A DNA stretch of 64,000 nt from the human T2T-CHM13v2.0 reference genome, Homo sapiens: assembly GCF_009914755.1 (NCBI RefSeq), contig NC_060938.1. One strand, 5' to 3'. Shown here in pieces: positions 18,571 through 39,010 of the stretch. Below the pieces are notes generated by a model. That model had not been told where the DNA came from. It saw only the letters and a list, made by a program, of their open reading frames with translations, and did not search any database. Each line of letters begins with the position of its first letter. Position 1 is the first letter of the stretch. The translations under genes and the position numbers were made by a program.

Positions 18571-19565
18571 AGTAAGTAAGGAAACCAATAGAAACGTTCA
18601 AAGTCTCAGCAGCCAGAGCCAGAGGTAGTCCTAGTACCCATCTTAGAAATACACACCAAGATAATATTTCCTTCGAGGCAGAAACATACATGACTAACGG
18701 CTCTAAACTTGGAAGACCAGAGTTAAGGCTAGTTATTATTACTGCAGCTTAGAGCTACTAATTTTTACCCCTAGATAAAGAGGATGCCTGTCAGAGGTGC
18801 AGTGATTACATTGTGTCCATGTGGACAGATGTTTTAGATTCTTCTATGGTTGTATTTATTGATAAGGGTCCAGGGATTTCTTTTTAAGTTCCTGTTAAAG
18901 CTATTTTCAGGGGCTCATTTATAATTAAGCGCATAAAATAGGAAAGAGAAGAAAGAAAATCACACAATTTGTGATGTGTGATTACGAAGAGATTTATGAC
19001 TACTGTAAATTTCAAATTTGGTTATGTTATATGAGAGATGATAGTGCTTATGGTGGAGCGTATGTTTCTTGAATAGCAAATGGAAGATAACAATACCTAC
19101 TCACACTTCTGAGAATTAAATGATGTTACTATATATAAAAGCTCTTCGAAAATTGCAGTGCATTATGCAGATTTTCATTTTATGCAAAAAGTGGTTATAT
19201 GGAAGAGTTTGCTGCCAAATTAAGTTCTTATCCTGTCTAAATCCATTATATGTATATAAAGTAGTTTGATTCATAAGTAGCTCTGAATTCTCTAATGAAA
19301 ATAGACAGAAATGACTTGAATATTTGAAATCTGTATATATGATCCAAATCTTTTTAAAGGTTTTTTTTTGCAACGTCTTTTCTTTTGTAATAGGTACCTC
19401 ATCACCTATTTATTGGTAGAAGTGCGAATAAATAAAAAGCAATAAAAAGCAACTAGAAAGCAAGCATATTATTAAAATTTTATAAACACTTGAATAATTT
19501 GACTTCTCAGATTTTTTTAAGTAACTAAAAAATAATATTATGACTTCATATCTTAAATTATTTAG

Positions 19566-19700
<135 letters not shown>

Positions 19701-22700
19701 TAGTTTGATACTTGTCTGAATATTGAACAAATATGAGAATTCTTTACTTTTTATACATCCCACTGCTCTCTAGGTTTTTGTTTTCTTTTGTTTTCTCTCA
19801 TTTAGTCCATTTACATGAAGAATCGGTATTGTATTTGACTATGTTAGTTCTTTTTACCAGTAAACACTATTTCTAGTGGATTTTTTAAACTCTTAGCTGG
19901 TGTCTTTCCTTTACCCTTGCCTTTTAGTTCTTGTTCAATTGAATACCAAGGTCTTTTTATCTGTATATAGGTCTGTTTGACATTACAATATGTTAAAGAC
20001 AGGGATTATGGCTGTATTTAATATGCTTTGTAAAGCACATTATTTAGTGCGTGGTGGTGCTGACCAAGTATAACTTAAAAGCAATTGCCTCTCATATTAC
20101 ATACTGTGATATGGATGACCATATCATAGTTCTTTATCAAACTCGTGTGGTTACCTTTAATTCCACAGTCAGCGTTCAAGCATTTTGATGTTGTCTCTAT
20201 GTTTCTACAAGGCTGTTGGCCTTGTGTTTTGTTTGCCATCTTGCTTCTTAGTCATTTACATTTTCTATAACCTAAAATCTGAAATTTGGCAGTAGAAATT
20301 AAGATCTCTTCTGTTTAAAAACTTTCTGCCCACAATTCTGGAAGAAGTATTAGAAATATTTTGAGAAGTGGAATTTTTCTTTTTTGCTTTTATAACTGTG
20401 ATTTTTATTTAATTTTCAAATAATATTTAATTGAGCAAATGCATATTATTGAATGCCGGTATAATTGCGAATGTAACTATGCATTTGGTGTTTTGGGAAG
20501 GACCTAAATGAGGAAGTGCTCAAGATAGTAAGATTATGCCACTTAAGGTTTAGGTTTTCACTCTTCCATTTGTTGTCTGTTCCCCTCTTGCTCCAAGTTT
20601 TCAGAACTTTGTCCTCCTGACCCTTTTTTTTTTTAACCTCACCATAGTACGTTAATATTAATGTACTATGGAAAATACCTATAAAACTCTTCTTCTGGTG
20701 ATTTAAGAATTAATCATGATAGTATATCGATATGGGCAGATAAATGTTTCTAAGATAATGTCAGAATTTACTTCATGTTCTTCTACTGAGTTCTCATTTA
20801 TGAACTGTCCTTCGCAGTCAATGATAGTTTCTTTAATGTTTTTAAAAATCAATCATTTTTGGCATTACAAATGAATTTCATTTTCTTGAGGATGTTGTAT
20901 GTAATGAAATAATTATTTTTCTCAGCTGATAGGAAAATGTCTCTGGTAAGATGTTAGCTGGTAGAAGGAAGTTTTATGTGGAAAGGGTTTACAACAGTTG
21001 GATTTAATACATTTGAAATGTTTTACATTTAATTTTACATCTAATACAAAAGGTAGGAGAGCAGACCTATACCAGCCTTGACTAAAACAAATAAATACCA
21101 GTGGGCTATAAAGAGAACATTTTAAATACAGGCGAAGTCTTTCACTCTATAATTGGTACATATCTTTATACTAGAAAATTTCTTGAATGAATATGATTGC
21201 CTTGGCAAATATAATCAGTTATGACTTTTTTCCCCATAGATTTTGTGGGTTTTATTATTTTTTTTCTCTGATGAAACTCTGAGACATTGCCAAATGTTGC
21301 AGAAAATAGAAGTCAGAGTGCCAAAATAATTCTCTGGAGCTCTCAGGACTTTGGGTGACCTTGAAGGAATTCAATCCTCTCATACATAGAAACCTTGAAG
21401 ATAATGAAGGAAATTCACCTTATCACAAGGGAATTAAAACCACATCTTTTCTAGCAGATAAATGCTTCCAAGAATACTAGAACCCCAAATTTTGGCTATT
21501 TCAGGGGGAAGTATCATGTATTTCACTTGAAATGTGTAGTAGTTTAATATATGTCTATAAAGAAAGGAGCAGTAGCAGCTGTTTTAATGATCATCCATTA
21601 AAAATTAACTGAAGAATGGTAGGACACAGATTCCAGCACCATATTGCTAGGAACTTAGTAAAGTACTTAGTTTTTTTCCACCTTGATTATTACTTTCAGA
21701 TTTTAATATAAAAGAGAGGAATTCATTGTTCTGACAAATGGTATCTTTGGAGCCTTTAAGAGTAAAACCTTTTAATTTGGTATTGAATTTATTGGGTCTA
21801 TCTTTGACCACGTGATACCACTTACCTGATTCTATGTACTGATTAATGTATCTAACAGTTTTATAGTGAAAGTACTTTTTAAAAAAGTATTTGAATGGTC
21901 ATTTCTATTTTTCCCCCTTTGCTGTACAAGTTAATTTTTACTCATCTTTTGCTGTACAAATTAACTTTCATCAATACAAATAAGAGGCTAGTTTTAAGTC
22001 AATTTATTTGTCATGAGCCCAGGAACAATTAAATTCTATAAAGTAATGTATTAAAATAGTACACTTTAAAAATTATTTTCCTTCTTTTTTTCTCTTTAAA
22101 TTTTAAGACCATCATAATAAATTATCATTACAAAGTCAAACATACTATATACTACTATCAGTCAATGGGGAAAAAATAAGTCATATGTTTTATGGTAAAA
22201 TGCTGTAATAGATTGGATTGTCAAATTTGCTTGAAAAAAATCACAGCAGTTTTTAGTTTTTCTTATTTGTAGATTACACGTTACTCAGAAAATAAGTATC
22301 AAAGTGCTAAAAGTAATAGGTGTAATTGCTGTTATTTGTCAAAATCAGTTTACATTTTTGTGGGAAATACAGAATCACAAATATTTCTTTCTGGCATTAT
22401 GTCCTGAGTTAAATTCTAGAAAATTTAGCACCTTTTATACTCATATAGCTGTGACAATAACTTTAAATATGTGAACATTAGGAAATTCAAAGCTTATATA
22501 TTCTTAGAAGCTAATTTTGACCACGTGCGCAAATTATTTTTCTTTTTTAGTAGAATGGTGCATTTTTTGCCTTTGTATTTGAAATTTAGCTAAATTACAA
22601 TAGCTATCAGAACTACAATTGACCTTAGTAATTTCAAAACCATAGTTATAAGGGTTTTAAGTTGATTTTTAAAAATCTTAAGATATGATAGGGATTTCAA

Positions 22701-22879
22701 AACTATGTGTGTGTATCTCTGATAGGGAGGGGTTGGGGCACAGACTAATAAGTGTGCCAAAAATCTGTGAATCCAAATGTGTAACAAGTGTTGTCTGAAT
22801 AAATGTCCACAAATCCATGCTATTATTGGTTAACAAAAAATAAATTCACTTTGAAATGTTGCTGAATTTGGGAGTTTTG

Positions 22880-25160
22880 TTTCTACCTAGGATGAGGAAA
22901 TTGGAAAGAGTGTCACTTTCACCCTAACTATAATAAAATGTCAGATAAACTACAAAATCATTAACATTTCTTGAACCCATCAGAGAGCTTCTGATGCAGA
23001 GCAACTAAGTAGCCTAAAGTCCAAGGAAAGACAGACTCCTCCAAAAAGAGATGAGACACAAGCACTGTCTCACTTGTGACAGAGCATGGTTACAGGAAGA
23101 GACACCAGGCACCAATCAAGCAGATAAGAAGTATTTGGTTAAACTTTTTAAGTGGGTTTCTAAAGGCCAAGTATAGAACCATTGGTAGTCACAGATACAA
23201 GTGGAGTTCACACCCACTTGTAGGCATCTTCTGCACAGACCTCTAGAGAAAGATTGTGGGGAAAGGCAGAGAGTCTCTCTCACTGGTGCAGGCCTGAATG
23301 AGAGGAGTGGCTGTCACTGCCAGAAAGACAGGATGCCCCACTTTGACCCTTCTCCTTTAAGAACAAAAGCCTTAAGCCACTGAGGAAGGGGCAACACATC
23401 TGTTATTTCCAGGGTATAGGTGAAAACCTATTTGGCTGGGGGAAGGGTAAAGAAAAAAAAAGAATCCACTCCTGGCGGAGAAGAAGGAAATAGTCTTGGT
23501 CCCACAATCTTTTATTAGCACTATTAGAAGTTTCTTACTGTTGGGAGAGTGGTTGGAAACTGTCCTGCACAAAATTTGCCAAAGGGACAAGGCAGAATTT
23601 AAAATGTCAGTTCCCTCCAAATTGATCTATAGATTCAGTGCAATCTCAAAAACATTCCAGCAGGGATTTCTGGGTAGAAGTTGACAAGCTGAAGCTAAAA
23701 CTCTTGAGAAAATGCAGAGGACCTAGAATAGCCAAAATAACTTTTAAAAAGAAAAATAAAGTTGGAAGATTATACTATATAACTCTAAGACTTATTATAA
23801 AGCTACAGTAATCAAGACAGTGGAATATTGGCATAAATATCAATGGGATAGAATAGAGAATTCAAAAAAAAAGTCCACACATTTATGATTAGTTGATCAA
23901 TTGATTTTTACAAATGGGAAAGACGATTCCATGGAGAAAGGATAATCTTTTCAACAAATGGTGTTTGGACAGAGCTCATCTATATACAAAAAAAAGAACC
24001 TCAATCTATATTTCACCAACACACAAAAATGAGCTAAAAAATGGATCATAGATCTAAATGTAAAGCCTAAAACTACAAAACTTCTAGAAGAAAATATAGG
24101 AGAAAATGTTTCTTTGTGACCTTTGGTTGGGCAAAGATTTCTAAGCTATTGCAGAAACTAATGATAATTGGACTTAATCAAAATAAAAATTTCTGTTCTT
24201 CAAAAGACAGTGTTAAGAGAATGAAAAAGGACAAATCACAGACTGGAAGAAAATATTTGCAAATTTGCTTTCTGATGAAGCAGTTATGTCCAGAATATAT
24301 TTTTAAACCTTACAAAACTCAACACTAGGAAAACAACCCAATTTTTAAAATGCATAAAAGATTTGAACAGATACTTCACCAAAAAAGAAATTTGGATGGC
24401 AAATAAGCACATGGAAAATTGTTCAACATCATTAGTAATTGGGAAGATGCAAATTAAAAATTAAATACCACTGAATACCCATTAGGTTGACTAAAATCAA
24501 GGAAACTGATACTACCATGTGTTGGTGAGGATATAGATCAATTCTAATTCTGATACATTGCTGGTGGGAATGCAGAATGCAACATGCACCTTGGAAAACT
24601 GTTTGACAGTTTCTTATAAAATTAAACATAAATTTACCCTATGACTCAGCAGTCCATTTCCTATGTATTCATTCAAGATAAATGAAAACTTATTTTCACA
24701 CAAAACCTGTACTCAAAACTTTTTTAGCAGTTTATTTTATAATTACCCAAAACTGGAATCAACCAAAATGTCCTTCAACAAGTAAATGGATAAACAATCT
24801 GTGTGGTACATCCATACAATGGAATAGTACTCAGCAATGAACAGACGTGAACTACTGATACACACACAACAGCACAGATGAATCTCAGTTGCATTAAATG
24901 TAGTGAAAGAAGTTAAAAGGCTACATACTGTATGATTCCATTTATATGGAAAAGGCAAAATTTATTGGAAAAGGCAAAACTATAGATATGGAGAACAGGT
25001 CAGTGGTTGCCTTGAAGAAGAGTTTGACAACAAATGGCAGGAGGGAACTTTTTTCCATTTTGATGGAAATATTATATATCTTGATTGGGGTAGTGTCTAT
25101 ATAACTAAGAATTTTTCAATGGTTAGTCTTACTGGTTATAAATTATACTTCAATAAAATG
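22880..25160 (+). mobile_element. Old L1M: 5'-region-like fragment (22880-23560) plus ORF2 3' end and 3'UTR (23570-25160)
   Basis: aattgatctatagattcagtgcaatc..., aaagctacagtaatcaagacagtgg..., ends tacttcaataaaa. Confidence 0.75.
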
Positions 25161-25847
25161 ATGTACATATTACTAAGTTTATGACACTTTTGCTTATTAT
25201 GAATTTTCTTAATTAGCTTATACTAAAAGCTTATCACTTGGGAAAGTATAAAAGGTTTTGTTGTTAAAAGGTGTGTAAATGTGATACTGTATTACATTTA
25301 TTTACTCTTACATCTTTTTCTTATATTAACACTTTAGGAGGAGATAGTTTGATGTATTTTATAATACAGTATATTTTCAATACAGTTAAATTGGATTTTT
25401 AGGTGTTTATTTAAAAATACATTCCATTTAGACTAGAAATCTGAAACATTTATGTTTTATAATTAATAGTGACTAACTGGAAACAAAGAAAAATTGTATG
25501 TGCTAATCTACAGTGGAAGTACTCTTGTTTAAAATTTTCTTTTTTAGATTTCAGAAAGGGAAGAACTGTCAGCTCAAAAACTTGTGTTTTTTACTGGCAC
25601 ATCCAATATAATGTGTAATCAACACAGTTTAACTCAGTAAACATTAATTGAGGGCCCTCCACACTCTACGCTACTAAGCTTCAATGCCTTTTTGCATTAT
25701 CTTCTTTCCACCCAGAGTTACCTTCTCTCCCCACTTCTATATGCCTACAAATTACTTATTCTTCAACATTCAGCTCCATCTTTCTGAGTTCTTACTGAAC
25801 CTCCGATTGAAAACGTCTTATTCATTTTAACCCACTCTCTTCCCCTA

Positions 25848-26228
<381 letters not shown>

Positions 26229-26286
26229 CTAGGTGTGTTCTATGTTAATTTCATTTATTCATCACAATACCATGCCATGCAGGTAG

Positions 26287-26447
26287 TTTTGTTTGTTTGT
26301 TTTATAGAGATAGAGTTTCACTGTCACCCAGGCTGGAGAGCAGGGGTATGATAGTTCATTGCATCCTCAACCTCCTGGGCTCAGGAAGTCTTCCTGCCCC
26401 AGCTTCCATGTAGCTAGGACTACAGGTGTGTGCCATCATGCCTGACT
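26287..26447 (-). mobile_element. Alu right monomer (FRAM-like) within a MIR
   Basis: Monomer flanked by TSD caggtagtttt. Confidence 0.8.
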
Positions 26448-27229
26448 CAGGTAGTTTTATTCCTGTTTTACAAGAGAGAATGATAAGATTCTTGAAGGTT
26501 AACTAATTTTCCCAAAGCACATAATTTAGAAAATGAAGATCTGGAATTCCAGCCCAGATCGACTTGATTGCAAAGCTGATGCTCCTTTCCTTGTGTAATA
26601 CTATTTATTGAATAAGCATTTAATAAATATTTATCGTGTGACTTAACAGCTTGTTGATAAGAGCTGCTTTTATCATCTCTATATTTCCAGGACTGATTAT
26701 TTAATATTCCAAAGAAAGTGATATATGGGATAGTGTTGTGATTTGTTTTTAAGATATGTTATCTGTTTCTTATTTAAGAGAGCTTGTTTCCCAGTGTAGC
26801 ACTGTGGTGATCAGTAAATGTTCATGGAATTGAATTTGATGATTACATCATTTGCTATTAACCCCAAACAACATTTAATTCTGTTATTTAGTAATAAGAC
26901 GGAAGAAGGAAGGGAAGAGAAAAATGAGAATATTTCATTACAATCATTTTTCCATTACTGTCTCTTTTTAATGTAGACAGTCGTGCAAACAGCCACAGTG
27001 GACTAATCTAAAGTGATTTTTATTTGCTTTTCCAAAAGATTGATTTCTTTTATAGTATTAACATACATTTTTATTATTTGAGGACAAAATAGTTGAACAG
27101 AGGGTAGGGGCAGCCGAGAATATGCCCAAGGGTGGGGAAAATTAAATCAGCTTAGATACTAGTTCATGGGGAATCTTTTTGAACTTTAGATGAGAAAGAA
27201 AAATCGTGTTGACATTCATTCACTCTTTC

Positions 27230-27950
<721 letters not shown>

Positions 27951-28069
27951 ATTCATTCTTAGGTTAATCTTTTTTAGCATCCCTTTACATAAAGTACCAT
28001 AGAAAGTGCTGTGGCCCTAGAGAGATGGATAAAACAAAGCATCTGCTCTCCCGGGATAAAAAGAAGAAA

Positions 28070-29700
<1,631 letters not shown>

Positions 29701-30760
29701 GAGGAAAGGGGTAGTTGAGAAGAATAATTTCTTTAAAACACTGCATCTCAGAAATAATTTGTTAGAATACTATTAAATATGAAAAGGCAAACATCTTTCT
29801 ATAATTAAACTGTCAACTTGTCACTGTTTTCTTATAGTTCTGAAAAATAAGCGTGGCAACAAGTGTGTTAGGTCAACTTGCAGATTGTTTTTATGTATAT
29901 ACATTTCTTACATTTTATGTGAGGATGTTTGGATGAGAGAGGCATAATCCATATGAGAAAAAATATTTCTCTGGCACAATAATGGATTTTTAAACATAGG
30001 TGATTATTTTAACTGTTCCAATGTGAAAGGATTTATACTTTTTATTTAAGAGGTAGAATATGTATATGCATATCTATATATAATATCTATATCTATGTCA
30101 TATATATATATATAGTCTAACAGACAAATGTGCGTAACTAAGGATGATCCCTCAGAATGAGCAAAATGCATAAAGGATTGACATGGAAAATCTGTTAAAT
30201 AAGACATTGAATATTATGCAAGGATTTCTATAACATTTTTACTTGTTGGTACTAAAAGTAATTTCCTTTTCAATACAGAAGCATTTTAATTGTGGAAATT
30301 ATTTGATTTCCTTTTTGTGGAATTAATTATATACTGTGTATGGAGAGCTTGGGTTTTTCTCATCTTTTTGACATTAAACACATCTCACCAAAACCATACA
30401 CGAGGATTGTTTTGAAGACTTGCCAACATTCCAAAAACCTCTTCAGCCCCTTCATTGTTCTTAACCAGATTTCCTGAAACTTGACTTTAAAGTTTTTATT
30501 ATGATTTTTAAAATAGATATCAAATTGATATAAAATATAATTTAAACTATTAGATCAATTAGTAGCCTTTTTATTCAACAGCTATTACAAATAATTTAAC
30601 CTTATAATCACAGAGGTAAATACAGATTTGATAAAAATCTTTACATTTTGAAATTAATGAGGTAAATACTTAAGACTTGGGAGCAGAGGAACCGTCTCCA
30701 GTTCAACAGAACCAAAGGTTGTGATTACGATTAGGAGTAGCATCTGATCTTTTAATTGAA

Positions 30761-30941
<181 letters not shown>

Positions 30942-31408
30942 TTAACTGCAAGTTGATGTATTACAAATGCTATTCTTCTAATCAACCTAGTAACGATTTA
31001 CTAAAAATTTTTTAGTGATTTTAATTTTATATAAATTAGGCAGACTATTTCAAGCAGGTAACAGTGGATTATTCCACTAAACCAGTTCTACCCTTTTTGT
31101 TCATATAATGAAAATAAAAAGAGAAGCTTGATTATTTCAGTTCAGAATACATTACCCTCAAATAAATTTAGGCCAGAGATGTAGCTACGCAGCTGTCCAG
31201 TGTCATAAAAAAGCAATTCACCGGTGAGTGATCTCTCCATTCAGAAGTGTGCAGTCTTAATGTATGGCTGTAAGAAACTGTTATTTTATGATCTTTTTAC
31301 TAAAAGCTTGACTGAAAACTAAAATAAATTAATAAATTAGAACAGAGAAGTGATATAGTCTTATTATGCATATAGGATGAACCACTACTAGATTGTTAGT
31401 CTCTAATA

Positions 31409-31580
31409 CAGTATTCCTCAAACTTTAACAGACATAGAATTCTCCGGGAGTATTTATTAATAAAATGTAGATCCTAAAGTGATTGTTTGCCTGAGACGGG
31501 GCCTGGGAATGTAAACATTAAACTAGTACCCGTGGTTATTCGGATGCAGAAGAGGGAGGACCACCCTTTGAGAAACACTG
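31409..31580. mobile_element. MER5-type hAT-Charlie DNA transposon
   Basis: Termini cagtattcctcaaactt ... ctttgagaaacactg. Confidence 0.7.
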
Positions 31581-31826
31581 ATTAAGGACTCCAGTTGTTT
31601 TTGATGATTCTGTTCTATTTAGAATTAGAGGCACTTTGGAGACAAATTGCATGAGTTCAAATCCTAGCTCAGCTATTTACCAGCTGGTGACCCTGGGTGA
31701 AATACTTAACCTCTCTGTGCTATTCTTATCTGTAATATAGTATAGATATTTCATGGTAATTAAAGACATAAAATACACTTTTACTAGAACCTGACATATA
31801 TTAAGAGCTATTAAAGTGTTAGCTTT

Positions 31827-32045
31827 GCTCATTGCAACCTCTGCCTCCCAGGTTCAAGTGATTTTCTTGCCTCAGCCTCCCAAGTAGCTGGGACTGCAGG
31901 TGCGTGCCACCACACCCAGCTATTTTTAGTAGAGATGGGGTTTCACCATGTTGGCCAGGATGGTCTCAATCTCTTGACCTTGTCATCTGCCTGCCTTGGC
32001 CTCCCAAAGTGCTAGGATAACAGGCATGAGCCACCATGCCCAGCC
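31827..32045 (-). mobile_element. 3'-truncated Alu lacking an A-tail, inside a MIR
   Basis: TSD aaagtgttagcttt at 31813 and 32049. Confidence 0.88.
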
Positions 32046-33634
32046 CTGAAAGTGTTAGCTTTTATTAGCATGACTGTTTCTAGGAAATCTCTCCTTTTTG
32101 AATACTCATGTTATAATCAGCTCTCCTTTAACAGATAGGAAATGAACCTATATTTGTCCTAAGCTTTAAAGGATGCTGGTGAGGAAATGCTAAAGATGGT
32201 ACATGTTCAATATAGTGTTAGGGAGATAAATTAAGTTTCAACAAAATTGTTTCTCTTCAGTGAATATATTTAAGATTATATGTATAAGATATATCTTAGG
32301 GGCCTGGGCAAGATGGCTGAACAGGAACAATTCCATTGTGCAGCTCCCAGCGAGATCAATGCAGAAGGTGGGTGATTTCTGCATTTCCAACTGAGGTACC
32401 TGGCTCATCTCATTGGGACTGGTTAGACAGTGGGTGCAGCCCACGGAGAGCAAGCAGAAGCAGGGTGGGGCGTTGCCTCACCCGTGAAGTGCAAGGGGTC
32501 GGGGAACTCCCTCCTCTAGCCAAGTGAATCCATGAGGGACTGTGCCGTGAGAAACGGTGCATTCCGGCCCAGATACTATGCTTTTCCCATGGTCTTTGCA
32601 ACCTGCAGACCAGGAGATTCCCTCAGGTGCCTACACCACGAGGGCCCTAGGTTTCAAGCACAAAACTGGGCAGCCATTTGGGCAGACACCAAGCTAGCTG
32701 CAGGAGTTTTTTTTCATACTTCAGTGGCACTTGGAATGCCAGCAAGACAGAACCATTTGCTCCCCTCGAAACAGGGCTGAAGCCAGGGAGCCAAGTGGTC
32801 TACCTCAGCGGATTCCACTGCCACGGAACCCAGCAAGGTAAAGATCCACTGGCTTCAGATTCTCACTGCCAGCACAGCAGTCTGAAGTCGACCTGGGATG
32901 CTCAAGCTTGGTCGGGGGAGGGGCGTCCGCCATTACTGAGGCTTGAGTAGGCGGTTTTCCCCTCAGTGTAAACAAAGCCGCCAGGAAGTTGGAACTGTGT
33001 GGAACCCACCATGTCTCAGCAAAGCCGCTGTAGCCAGACTGCCTCTGTAGATTCCTCTTCTCTGGGCAGGGCATCTCTGAAAGAAAGGCAGCAGCCCCAG
33101 TCAGGAGCTTATAGATAAAACTCCCATCTCCCTGGGACAGAGCACCTGTGGGAAGGGGCGGCTGTGGGTGCAGCTTCAGCAGACAGATGTTCCTGCCTGC
33201 CAGCTCTGAAGAGAGCAGCAAATCTCCCAGCATAGCGCTCAAGCTTTGCTAAGGGACAGACTGCCTCCTCAAGGGGGTCGCTGACCCCCATGCCTCCTGA
33301 CTGGGAGACACCTCCTAGCAGGGGTTGACAGACACCTCATACAGGAGATCTATGACTGGTATCTGGTGGGTGCCCCTCTGGGACAAAGCTTCCAGAGGAA
33401 GGAACAGGCAGCAATCTTTGCTGTTTGGCAGACTCTGCTGGTAATACCCAAGCAAACAGGGTCTAGAGTGGACCTCTAGCAAACTCCAGCAGACCTGCAG
33501 CAGAGGGGCGTGAATGGTAGAAGGAAAACTAACAGAAAGGAATAGCATCAACATCAACATAAAAGGACACCCACGCAGAAACCCCATCTGAAGGTCACTA
33601 ACATCAAAGACCAAAGGTAGATAAATCCACAAAG

Positions 33635-34806
33635 ATGAGGAAAAACCAGTGCAAAAAGCCTGAAAATTCCCAAAACCAGAACACCTCTTCTTCAAAGGAT
33701 CACAACTCCTCGCCAGCAAGGGAACAAAACTGGATGGAGAATGAATTTGATGAATTGACAGAAGTAGGCTTCAAAAGGTGGGTAATAACAAACTCCTCCG
33801 AGCTAAAGGAGCATGTTCTAACCCTTTCTATTCCTTCAAATTAGCTCTGGAAAGGACTACAGAAAGCTGGACTGTAATTTCCCTTTGCTTACTCAGGTCA
33901 TCTAAACCTAAATAGTCTGAGTATATTGCCTTAATCAGAATCACATTTTCCCCTCTTTAATTCCTTCCCCCATAATAAAGGAAGCTAAGAACCTTGAAAA
34001 AAGGTTAGACAAATTACTAACTAGAATCACCAGTTTAGAGAAGAACATAAATGACCTGATGGAGCTGAAAAACACAGCTCCAGAACTTTGTGAAGCATAC
34101 TCAAGTATCAATAGCCAGATTGATCAAGCGGAAGAAAGGATATCAGAGATTGAAGATCAACTTAAAGAAATAAAGCGTGAAGACAAGAATAGAGAAAAAA
34201 GAATGAAAAGGAATGAACAGTGTCTCCAAGAAATATGGGGCTATGTGAAAAGACCAAACCTACATCTGATTGGTGTACCTGAAAGTGACGGGGAGAATGG
34301 AACCAAGTTGGAAAACACTCTTCAGAATATTATCCAGAAGAACTTCCCCAACCTAGCAAGACAGGCCAACATTGAAATTCAGGAAATATAGAGCATACCA
34401 CAAAGATATTCCTTGAGAAGAGCAACCTCAAGACACATAATCGTCAGATTCAACAAGGTTGAAATGAAGGAAAAAATGTTAAGGGCAGCCAGAGAGAAAG
34501 GTTGGGTTACCCACAAAAGGAAGCCCATAAGACTAACAGTGGCTCTCTCTGCGGAAACCCTACAAGCCAGAAGAGAATGGGGGGCCAATATTCAGCAGTC
34601 TTAAATAAAAGAATTTTCAACCCAGAATTTTATATACAGCCAAACTAAGCTTCATAAGTGAAGGAGAAATAAAATCCTTTAGGGACAAGCCAATGCTGAA
34701 AGATTTTGTCACCACCAGGCTTGCCTTACAAGAACTCCTGAAGGAAGCACTAGACATGGCAAGGAAAAACTTGCACCAGCCACTGCAAAAACATAGCAAA
34801 TTGTAA
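33635..34806 (+). pseudogene. L1 ORF1p remnant (disrupted)
   Basis: ORF fragments 33635-33844, 34059-34391 and 34413-34604 match L1 ORF1p; interrupted by an insert and stops. Confidence 0.88.
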
Positions 34807-34869
34807 AGACCATTGACACTATGAAGAAACTGCGTCAACTAATGGGCAAAATAACCAGCTAGCATCCTA

Positions 34870-39010
<4,141 letters not shown>

